From the NCBI RefSeq assembly GCF_002563925.1, contig NZ_PDJD01000001.1, positions 788,973 through 812,972 on the forward strand: a stretch of 24,000 nucleotides of DNA, read 5' to 3'. Positions 1 to 6,939 of this stretch are shown in pieces. The first letter of the stretch is position 1; every line of letters starts with the position of its first letter. The notes under the pieces are model-generated. The model was not told the origin of the DNA. It saw only the letters and a program-made list of their open reading frames with translations, and ran no database searches. This DNA is from Serinibacter salmoneus (GTDB lineage: Bacteria > Actinomycetota > Actinomycetes > Actinomycetales > Beutenbergiaceae). The position numbers and the translations under genes were made by a program.

Positions 1-511
1 CCTCGTCCACCTCGCTCAGCAGGCGGGTGCGGCACTCCTCGGCGCTGTAGACCGGCGCACCGGCCTGCGCCGCCACCTCGTGCGGCAGCTCGTGCAGCGC
101 GGCCAGCGCCCGGCCCAGCCCTGCGGCGAGCCCGGGGCCGGGTGTCAGGAGTTCCAGCCGCAGCGGCGTGCCCGGCGGCTGTGGGAACACGGCGGCTCGC
201 ATGCCGGTCTCGAGGTGGGCGAACCCGGCGGGGGAGATCAGGGCGAACGGGAGGGCGGCGCCGTCGGCTTCAAGGGCACGCACGAACCGCCATGCCGAGT
301 CCAGGGTGCTCGCCCCGAGCACATCACGTGGCGCCTGCACGATCCAGGAGCGACCCACGGAGTCCAGCAGGCCGGTGTACTCCAGGTGGTCCTCCACGCC
401 ACGGGGTTCGCGGGTGGCCACGACCTCGAGCCCGGGGACGGCAGCGGTCGCCAGCGCCGCCAGGACGAGTGCGGATCGCGGCGGTGACGGCTCGCCCGGA
501 CCGTCACTCAT
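1..511 (-). CDS. Phosphotransferase-like protein (aminoglycoside/macrolide phosphotransferase-type fold), N-terminal about 170 codons; the gene continues beyond the window start
   Basis: This ORF is absent from the ORF track because it is open at the window edge. The reverse frame starting at ATG (complement of 509-511) has no stop down to base 2. My hand translation is MSDGPGEPSPPRSALVLAALATAAVPGLEVVATREPRGVEDHLEYTGLLDSVGRSWIVQAPRDVLGASTLDSAWRFVRALEADGAALPF... Third codon positions are strongly G/C. The WIVQAPR segment followed by an acidic helix resembles the N-lobe of APH-family kinases. The family call comes from motif resemblance only. Confidence 0.5.
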   Translation of the reverse strand, partial: MSDGPGEPSPPRSALVLAALATAAVPGLEVVATREPRGVEDHLEYTGLLDSVGRSWIVQAPRDVLGASTLDSAWRFVRALEADGAALPFALISPAGFAHLETGMRAAVFPQPPGTPLRLELLTPGPGLAAGLGRALAALHELPHEVAAQAGAPVYSAEECRTRLLSEVDE

Positions 512-594
512 CTGCTCATCGGACACACCACCTAACGTAACCCCGCCTAGTGGTGCTCCGCGCCTCCCGCGCCGCAAGAGCGTAGGTTGGGAGC

Positions 595-1623
595 GTGAGC
601 GATGCCGGACCCGAGGTCCCCCCGTTGGCCATGGATGCCCTGCCGTTGGGTCGGTGGAGCGTCCCGCGGGATGCGGAGCGCCGCACCGACCAGGACCTCA
701 TCGCCACCCTGCGGACCGATGCGGCCACGCGCGTGGTGCTGGTCAGCGGCGGGCGGCTCGCGGGAGCCCACGACAGGTTGCGCCTGGTCTCGCCCGCGGA
801 CCTGGGCCTCACGAATGCGGCCGAGGGCGATCCAGGCACACCGCTGGAGTGGTTCTACCTGGGGCGGGACGAGGAGTCCTCCTACCTCGCACTCGCGCTC
901 CCGCCCGAGGCTGGGGGTGTGCCGATCGCGGCTGTGGGGACCCCCGACGAGCGGATCTCGGCCGATGAGCGGGTACACGCACCCACCCACGGCGATGCGC
1001 AGTGGGTGTCGCTGCGGGAGTCCGGGCACCTGATGTCCGCACGCGATGCCGGTCTGGCGACCACGGCCGTCGCGCTGGCCGCCTGGCGGCATCGGCATCG
1101 CTTCTGTCCCCGCTGCGGGGCAGCGACGCACCTCTCGGAGGCGGGCTGGTCGGCCACCTGCACTGTGGATGGCTCGGTGCACTACCCCCGCACGGATCCC
1201 GCGGTGATCATGGCGATCCATGACCACGAGGACCGGCTGCTGCTGGCCCGCTCCTCGGCCTGGCCGGAGAACCGACGATCCGTGCTCGCGGGGTTCGTGG
1301 AGTCGGGGGAGGGTCTGGAGAGTGCGGTGCGGCGCGAGGTCGCCGAGGAGGTGCAGCTCGAGGTCGGTCGTGTGCAGTACGCGGGTGCGCAGCCGTGGCC
1401 GTTCCCGGGGTCACTGATGGTGGCCTTCCACGGCTGGCTGGTGCCGGGGGGAGAAGCGGCGCCGGTGCCCGACGGCGTGGAGATCACCCACGCCGAGTTC
1501 TTCACCCGGGATGAACTGGCGCGGGCGGTGACCACCGGCGAGATCGGGGTCCCGATGCGCACCTCCATCGCCCGCGCCCTGATCGAGTCCTGGTACGGGG
1601 GTGACCTGCCCGAACCCGCCTGA
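595..1623 (+). CDS. nudC: NAD(+) diphosphatase / NADH pyrophosphatase (Nudix hydrolase NudC)
   Basis: ORF 595..1623 with a GTG start. It carries the Nudix box GFVESGEGLESAVRREVAEEVQL. Upstream of that are the zinc-ribbon segment CPRCGAATHLSEAGWSATC and the YPRTDPAVI motif typical of NudC. It sits next to mycoredoxin, uvrD2 and whiB7, as in other actinobacteria. Confidence 0.85.
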   Translation: MSDAGPEVPPLAMDALPLGRWSVPRDAERRTDQDLIATLRTDAATRVVLVSGGRLAGAHDRLRLVSPADLGLTNAAEGDPGTPLEWFYLGRDEESSYLALALPPEAGGVPIAAVGTPDERISADERVHAPTHGDAQWVSLRESGHLMSARDAGLATTAVALAAWRHRHRFCPRCGAATHLSEAGWSATCTVDGSVHYPRTDPAVIMAIHDHEDRLLLARSSAWPENRRSVLAGFVESGEGLESAVRREVAEEVQLEVGRVQYAGAQPWPFPGSLMVAFHGWLVPGGEAAPVPDGVEITHAEFFTRDELARAVTTGEIGVPMRTSIARALIESWYGGDLPEPA

Positions 1624-1658
1624 GGGAAGATCCTGGCGGGCCCGGGCGGGCGTCCGGG

Positions 1659-1916
1659 TCAGAGGGCGAGGCGCTCGCGGACCTGGGCGAGGGAGGGGTT
1701 GGTCATCGCCGACCTGTCCGGGAACAGCACGGTCGGGACGGTCTGGTTGCCGCCGTTGACCTGCTCCACGAACGAGGCGGCCTCGGGGTGCTCCTCGATG
1801 TTCACCTCGCTGAAGGCGATGCCCTCGCGGTTCAACTGGGACTTCAACCGGCGGCAGTAGCCGCACCAGGTCGTCGAGTACATGGTGATCGTTCCGGCCT
1901 CGGGGGTCGCGGTCAT
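1659..1916 (-). CDS. mrx1: Mycoredoxin / glutaredoxin-like protein (CGYC active site), 85 aa
   Basis: This is the C-terminal part of track ORF 1659..2291. The ATG is the complement of 1914-1916, with GGAG about 8 nt upstream. The sequence is MTATPEAGTITMYSTTWCGYCRRLK...VNGGNQTVPTVLF. The CGYC redox motif and thioredoxin-fold spacing match mycoredoxin-1. The longer 210-aa version of the ORF reads through the intergenic repeat array and I rejected it. Confidence 0.8.
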   Translation of the reverse strand: MTATPEAGTITMYSTTWCGYCRRLKSQLNREGIAFSEVNIEEHPEAASFVEQVNGGNQTVPTVLFPDRSAMTNPSLAQVRERLAL

Positions 1917-1978
1917 GCTGGGGCTCCAATCGATGGTCATGGGGAGTAACCCGGCGGGAGCCCGTCGTGTTCCCGGTG

Positions 1979-2043
1979 CCCACAGCCGGTACCCACAGCC
2001 GGTACCCACAGCCGGTACCCACCGCCCGAACCCACAGCGCGGC
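1979..2043. repeat. 13-bp tandem direct repeat, three perfect copies of CCCACAGCCGGTA plus two degenerate copies
   Basis: Read directly from the sequence. Perfect copies lie at 1979-1991, 1992-2004 and 2005-2017. Degenerate copies follow: CCCACCGCCCGAA at 2018-2030 and CCCACAGCGCGGC at 2031-2043. The array is intergenic, between the divergent mycoredoxin start (1916) and the uvrD2 start (2089). Confidence 0.9.
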
Positions 2044-2088
2044 GGCGGGCACGGCCCGATGTCGGTGGCCGGTGGGAGGATGTGAGGG

Positions 2089-4206
2089 ATGAGGACGACG
2101 GCGAAGATCACCCAGGACAACGAGGGCGCCCGCCCGGGGGAGGCGACTCCCGCGGGTGGCGAGACGTCCCTGCGCAGTTCCGAGGAGTTGCTCGCCCAGT
2201 TGGACGAGGACCAGCGAGCGGTCGCCTCGCACCTGTCGGGGCCGCTGTGCGTGCTCGCCGGCGCGGGCACGGGCAAGACCCGCGCGATCACCTACCGCAT
2301 CGCCAACGGCGTGGCGCAGGGCGCCTTCGTCCCCACCCAGGTGCTCGCCGTGACGTTCACGGCGCGCGCCGCGTCGGAGATGCGGGGCCGGCTGCGGGAT
2401 CTCGGTGTGCCGGGGGTTCAGGCGCGAACCTTCCACGCCGCGGCGCTGCGGCAACTGTCCTACTTCTGGCCGCAGGCGGTGGGTGGTTCGCTGCCGCCGA
2501 TCGCCGAGCACAAGGCGTCGCTGGTGGGCGAGGCCTCCGGGCGGCTGGGTCTCGGCGCCGACAGGCTCGCGGTGCGGGATCTCGCCGGCGAGATCGAGTG
2601 GGCGAAGGTCTCCATGATCACCGCGGACGACTACGTGGCCGCCGCGAGCAAGGCGGGGCGTGACGGCGCGGCGGGGCACGACCTGACCACGATCGCTCGG
2701 CTGCTCAGCGTGTACGAGGACGTCAAGAATGAGCGCGGCGTGATCGACTTCGAGGACGTGCTGCTGCTGACGGTGGGGATCCTCGCCGAGCGGGAGGACA
2801 TCGCCCGCACCGTGCGGGGCCAGTACCGCCACTTCGTGGTGGACGAGTTCCAGGACGTCTCGCCGTTGCAGTACCGCCTGCTGCAGCTGTGGTTGGGGGA
2901 GCGGCAGGAACTGTGTGTGGTCGGGGACGCCTCCCAGACCATCTACTCCTTCACCGGTGCCAGCCCCCGCTACCTCACCCAGTTCCGCCGCACCTATCCC
3001 GAGGCGGTGGAGGTGCGCCTGGTGCGGGACTACCGCTCGACACCGCAGGTGGTCTCGCTCGCCAATGACGTGCTCGCCCGGGCCGGGCGGGAGCGTTCCA
3101 CCTCCTCGGTGCAGCTGGTGGCGCAGCGCCCCTCGGGCCCGCCGGTGAGTTTTACGGCCTACGACGACGACGAGGCGGAGGCCCGCGGCATCGCGGAGCG
3201 GGTGAAGCGGCTGATCGCCCACGGCGTGCGCACCAGTGAGATCGCCATCCTCTACCGCACCAACGCCCAGGGGGAGGCGTTCGAGCAGGCCCTCGCCAAC
3301 GCGGGAATCGGCTACCTGGTGCGGGGCGGTGAGCGGTTCTTCTCGCGGCGCGAGGTGCGCGAGGCCATCGGCCTGCTGCGCGGCGCGGTGCGCTCGGCCG
3401 ACGCCGACACCCCCATGCCCCAGACGGTCCGGGACATCCTGACCTCCGCGGGCTGGGCCCCGCAGGCACCCGCGACCCGGGGCGCCGTGCGGGAGCGGTG
3501 GGAGTCGCTCAATGCGCTCGTGCAGTTGGCGGACGACCTGGCCACCACCCGGGGTGCCGATCTCGCGGCGCTGGTGGCCGAGCTCACCGAGCGCGCCGCC
3601 GAGCAGCACGCCCCCACCGTGGAGGGCGTCACGCTGGCCTCCCTGCACGCCGCGAAGGGCCTGGAGTGGGACGCGGTGTTCCTGGCGGGTGTGAGCGAGG
3701 GCCTGCTGCCGATCAGCTTCGCGGAGACCCCGGAGTCGGTGGCCGAGGAGCGCCGCCTGCTGTACGTGGGGGTCACCCGTGCCCGCGAACACCTGGCGAT
3801 CTCCTACGCCCGGGCGCGGGCGGTCGGGGGGCGCGCGAGCCGGAAGCCCTCCCGGTTCCTGGACGGCATCTGGCCCAGCGAGGAGGGGCCGGCACGCACC
3901 ACGGACCGTGCCCGGCGCCGCGCCCGGGCGGAGGCTGTGGAGCACGCCCTGACCAGCGGGGATGCCGACCCCGAGGTCTTCGAGGCGCTGCGCACCTGGC
4001 GTGCCGCGCTCGCGAGCGCCACGAGCAAGCCCGCCTACACGATCCTGCACGACACCACGCTCGTGGCCATCGCGACCGCCAAACCGCAGACCCTGCGTCA
4101 GCTCGCGATGCTGCGCGGGATAGGTGCCGCGAAGATCGAGGCACACGGCGCCGCGGTGCTGGCGATCGTGCGCGGTGAGGACGTGCCCGCACCCGAGGCG
4201 CCGTAG
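2089..4206 (+). CDS. uvrD2: ATP-dependent DNA helicase UvrD2 (SF1 UvrD/PcrA family with C-terminal HRDC domain)
   Basis: ORF 2089..4206, 705 aa. Helicase motifs present: Walker A AGAGTGKT, motif II VVDEFQD, VVGDASQTIYSFTGA and DYRST. The C-terminal HRDC-like segment is AYTILHDTTLVAIATAKPQTLRQLAMLRGIGAAKIEAHG. Synteny with whiB7, mycoredoxin and nudC supports the call. Confidence 0.9.
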   Translation: MRTTAKITQDNEGARPGEATPAGGETSLRSSEELLAQLDEDQRAVASHLSGPLCVLAGAGTGKTRAITYRIANGVAQGAFVPTQVLAVTFTARAASEMRGRLRDLGVPGVQARTFHAAALRQLSYFWPQAVGGSLPPIAEHKASLVGEASGRLGLGADRLAVRDLAGEIEWAKVSMITADDYVAAASKAGRDGAAGHDLTTIARLLSVYEDVKNERGVIDFEDVLLLTVGILAEREDIARTVRGQYRHFVVDEFQDVSPLQYRLLQLWLGERQELCVVGDASQTIYSFTGASPRYLTQFRRTYPEAVEVRLVRDYRSTPQVVSLANDVLARAGRERSTSSVQLVAQRPSGPPVSFTAYDDDEAEARGIAERVKRLIAHGVRTSEIAILYRTNAQGEAFEQALANAGIGYLVRGGERFFSRREVREAIGLLRGAVRSADADTPMPQTVRDILTSAGWAPQAPATRGAVRERWESLNALVQLADDLATTRGADLAALVAELTERAAEQHAPTVEGVTLASLHAAKGLEWDAVFLAGVSEGLLPISFAETPESVAEERRLLYVGVTRAREHLAISYARARAVGGRASRKPSRFLDGIWPSEEGPARTTDRARRRARAEAVEHALTSGDADPEVFEALRTWRAALASATSKPAYTILHDTTLVAIATAKPQTLRQLAMLRGIGAAKIEAHGAAVLAIVRGEDVPAPEAP

Positions 4207-4269
4207 CCCCGGACTCCACCGGCCGCGCCACCCGGTCGGCCCGTCTGCGATGGTCGCAGGAACTCCTCC

Positions 4270-4310
4270 GAATAATCCCTTGCGCGCCCACCGCGGTGCA
4301 GGAGTACGCT
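4270..4310 (+). promoter_or_regulatory. Candidate whiB7 autoregulated promoter: AT-rich patch, -35-like and -10-like hexamers
   Basis: GAATAAT (4270-4276) is the only AT-rich patch in this intergenic region. It lies 3 bp upstream of TTGCGC (4280-4285). TACGCT (4305-4310) fits the actinobacterial TANNNT -10 pattern. The spacer is 19 nt, which is on the long side. An AT-rich site adjacent to the -35 is the known docking site for the WhiB7 AT-hook. No transcript data are available. Confidence 0.4.
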
Positions 4311-4378
4311 CATCGAGTTCGTGTTCATGGGCCCCGCCTAGCCAGCATCCGGGTCCGAGTCGAGAGGAGGTGTTCGAG

Positions 4379-4519
4379 ATGAGGATCACCCTGACCACCG
4401 CGTTCGCCGCGGTGACCACCCCCGCCGTGCGTGGCACAGCCATGTCCGGTTCCCGTCTGCGGACACTGAGGCTCGGCAGCCCGCGCTCTGCGCGCCGCGG
4501 CACCCTCAGCGCCCGGTAG
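4379..4519 (+). CDS. Upstream leader ORF (uORF, 46 codons) in the whiB7 5' leader
   Basis: ATG at 4379 is preceded by GAGGAGG (4364-4370) with an 8-nt spacer, and the stop is TAG at 4517-4519. The peptide is MRITLTTAFAAVTTPAVRGTAMSGSRLRTLRLGSPRSARRGTLSAR. It ends 140 nt upstream of the whiB7 start. whiB7/wblC genes are known to carry a translated uORF that controls attenuation. Confidence 0.55.
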   Translation: MRITLTTAFAAVTTPAVRGTAMSGSRLRTLRLGSPRSARRGTLSAR

Positions 4520-4659
4520 AGACGGGTCGGGTGCGCAGCCGCACCTCTCCCGCCCCGCACGCTTCGCGCCCGACGGCGCCTCGCCTGCGGCACCAGGACC
4601 CACGGGTCTATACGGCACCAGCCGATTCTGCTGACGACACGAACGTAGGAAGAACTCTC

Positions 4660-4998
<339 letters not shown>

Positions 4999-5030
4999 CG
5001 GCGAACCGGACCCCGGCACCCGTGCCGGGC

Positions 5031-6191
5031 TCACCCGCCGCCCTCGGCGAGGGGGCCGCCCGCCGCGCCGGCCCCCGGCGGCGGCCCGGTCCCCACCCCG
5101 GGGAGCGCGCCGTCGGCGCCGCACCCGCACTGCGGATGCGGCGCCCACACGCGCACCCGAGTGAGCTCCACGCCGTCCACCTCCACGCTCCTGCCCGTCA
5201 ACCGCGGCCGCCCGTCCACCAGCGCCACCACCTCCTTCGCGGCACTCGCCGCAGCCAGGTACCAGGTCGCGACCTCGTGTTGGGGCGGGGGAGCGATCGC
5301 GAGTTGGGTTGCCAGCGCCGGCCAACACGGATCCGCATCGCACCGGTGGAGATCGAGGCACCGCAGGCACGGGTCGCTCCCCGGCCGGATCGAGGGGCCC
5401 ACCACCACATCCAGTTCCCGTGCCACCACCGAGAGATGCGGGACGTCGCGCGCCATCAGGCCCGAGGTGCGGAACGGCACCGCCACCCGCGACTCCACAC
5501 TCACCACCACGTCGGGCCGCTGCGGCGGATCGGTCCGCACCCGGGGCCCGCTCTGGCGCAGGTGCGCCGGCGCGGAGTCCTGCCGGCTCCTGCCGACCTC
5601 GCGCAAGAGGTAGGCGCCCGGCATCACATCGCGCCCGGTCACCTCCTGCTCGTCCTCCAGGCTGACCGACCCGACGCCCGCGCACACCACCAGGCGCGCG
5701 ATGAGGAGAGCGAGCGCGGAACCCCCGAGGAGCGCGACCGCCGCGGCTGCCCTGCGTTGCGCCACCTGCTCGGGGTGCGCCGCGAGGTCGGCACGGTAGG
5801 CGAGATGGCGGAACTGTGTCGGCGCCGGCGGCTGGGTCACCGCGCCCGCAGGCGCGGGCGCGCCGGGTGAGGCGGGCGCGCCGGGTGAGGTGGGCGCTGC
5901 GGGTGACGTGGGCCGACCGGACGTGGCCGGCACCAGCCGTGCGGCTCGCAAGTGATCGCGCACGATCCGCGCCTCCGCGGGCGGCACCCCGAGCCGGCGA
6001 CCGAGCGCGAGGACGGGGTCCATCCGGGCGCGGGCAGGGGTGCCGACCCGCTCCAACTCCTCCAACAGCCGGTGCTGGGCGGCGCTGAGCCCCTCGAGCA
6101 CGACGGCGTGGCGTGGATCGGTCCCCAACTGCGCCTGTGTCTCAGCGCGCCACAGTGCGAGAACCCCTGGCGGTAGCCGCTTGCCGTCCAT
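5031..6191 (-). CDS. E1/ThiF-like protein with N-terminal winged-helix (RRE-like) region; resembles TOMM leader-peptide-binding / ocin-ThiF-like proteins
   Basis: ORF 5031..6191, 386 aa, with high GC3 in this frame. The N-terminus (RHAVVLEGLSAAQHRLLEELERVG...ARIVRDHLRAARLV) looks like a PqqD/RRE-type winged helix. A Pro-rich linker follows. The next segment is Rossmann-like but has a degenerate glycine motif (LLGGSALALLIA instead of GxGxxG). Cys motifs PCLRCLDLHRCDADPC and HPQCGCG are typical of E1-like folds. The opposite-strand ORF 4995..5870 is an Arg/His-rich shadow. Confidence 0.55.
   Translation of the reverse strand: MDGKRLPPGVLALWRAETQAQLGTDPRHAVVLEGLSAAQHRLLEELERVGTPARARMDPVLALGRRLGVPPAEARIVRDHLRAARLVPATSGRPTSPAAPTSPGAPASPGAPAPAGAVTQPPAPTQFRHLAYRADLAAHPEQVAQRRAAAAVALLGGSALALLIARLVVCAGVGSVSLEDEQEVTGRDVMPGAYLLREVGRSRQDSAPAHLRQSGPRVRTDPPQRPDVVVSVESRVAVPFRTSGLMARDVPHLSVVARELDVVVGPSIRPGSDPCLRCLDLHRCDADPCWPALATQLAIAPPPQHEVATWYLAAASAAKEVVALVDGRPRLTGRSVEVDGVELTRVRVWAPHPQCGCGADGALPGVGTGPPPGAGAAGGPLAEGGG
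5856..5909. repeat. 18-bp tandem repeat x3 within the E1-like gene (encodes the Pro-rich linker)
   Basis: The three units are GGGCGCGCCGGGTGAGGC (5856-5873), GGGCGCGCCGGGTGAGGT (5874-5891) and GGGCGCTGCGGGTGACGT (5892-5909). On the minus strand they encode PTSPAA-PTSPGA-PASPGA. Confidence 0.85.
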
Positions 6192-6212
6192 TCCACGTCC
6201 CCTCGACTCCTG

Positions 6213-6908
6213 GTGTCGGGCAGCCTGCCACGGTCGGCGGTTCGATGGCGGGCACGTGGTGGCTCACCTGTGGACAGCAGTGTGACGCGGGCCGCCGACG
6301 GCGCGGATCTGTGGACGGCGCCGGTGGATGTCACCCGGGCGACCTACCCTGGGCGCGTGAGGACAGCAGGCACCAGTGGCGTCACCCGAACCGTGGTGGG
6401 TCACCTCGAGGACGGCACGGAAGTGGTGGTGCGTCGCAGCCGGCGGCGCACGCGCACCGTGTCCGCGTTCCTGGAGCGCGGCCAGTTCGTGGTCGCGATT
6501 CCGGATCGGCTCACCGAGGGACAGGAGCGGGAGTGGGTGCGCACCATGACCGAGCGGGCGGCCACCGCCACCCGCGCCCGCCGCAGTGACGAACGCCTCG
6601 AACGGCGGGCGGAGGAACTGGCGCGCACCGTGTTGCGGATCAGCGAGCGGCCCACCGCCGTGTCCTGGGTGGACAACCAGCACAAGCGGTGGGGGTCCTG
6701 CACCCAGCAGACCGGGCAGATCCGGATCTCACGCGATCTCGCGGAGATGCCCGCCCACGTGCTGGACGCCGTGCTCGTCCACGAGTTGGCGCACCTGCGG
6801 GAGTACAGCCACGGGCCCGCCTTCCAGGACCTGGTCCAGCGCTACCCGCGCATGGACGAGGCGATGGCGTTCCTGGACGGCGTCAGCTGGCAGCGCCAGC
6901 ACGGGTAG
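6213..6908 (+). CDS. DUF45 / YgjP-like (M48-type) metal-dependent hydrolase with HExxH
   Basis: ORF 6213..6908 with a GTG start; the true start may be an in-frame GTG further downstream. The C-terminal signature is RWGSCTQQTGQIRISRDLAEMPAHVLDAVLVHELAHLREYSHGPAFQDLVQRYP. This matches the WGSC...HELAH...H pattern of the YgjP/DUF45 family. Confidence 0.8.
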   Translation: MSGSLPRSAVRWRARGGSPVDSSVTRAADGADLWTAPVDVTRATYPGRVRTAGTSGVTRTVVGHLEDGTEVVVRRSRRRTRTVSAFLERGQFVVAIPDRLTEGQEREWVRTMTERAATATRARRSDERLERRAEELARTVLRISERPTAVSWVDNQHKRWGSCTQQTGQIRISRDLAEMPAHVLDAVLVHELAHLREYSHGPAFQDLVQRYPRMDEAMAFLDGVSWQRQHG

Positions 6909-6939
6909 GCGGCGCGCCAGGGCCCGCCGCCACCCGGGT

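Noticed and set aside
1979-2043. Possible CRISPR array
   Set aside because: The repeats are only 13 bp and directly abut each other without spacers. There are no cas genes in the window. I treat it as a simple tandem repeat.
1659-2291. 210-aa version of the mycoredoxin ORF
   Set aside because: The extension reads through the 13-bp repeat array and into uvrD2 on the opposite strand. The ATG at 1916 with an upstream GGAG gives an 85-aa protein of normal mycoredoxin size.
1411-4593. 1060-aa minus-strand ORF spanning the mycoredoxin-uvrD2 region
   Set aside because: It is antisense to the well-supported uvrD2 gene. The translation is Arg/Gly/Pro/His-rich with no recognisable motifs, and it runs through the intergenic repeat array and the whiB7 leader. 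This is a typical high-GC shadow ORF.
6908-6931. Hairpin GGCGGCG...CGCCGCC between the convergent DUF45 and zincin-like genes as a bidirectional terminator
   Set aside because: It has only a 7-bp stem with a 10-nt partly self-pairing loop and no T/A tracts. In DNA this GC-rich, such pairings arise by chance, so I did not call it as a feature.
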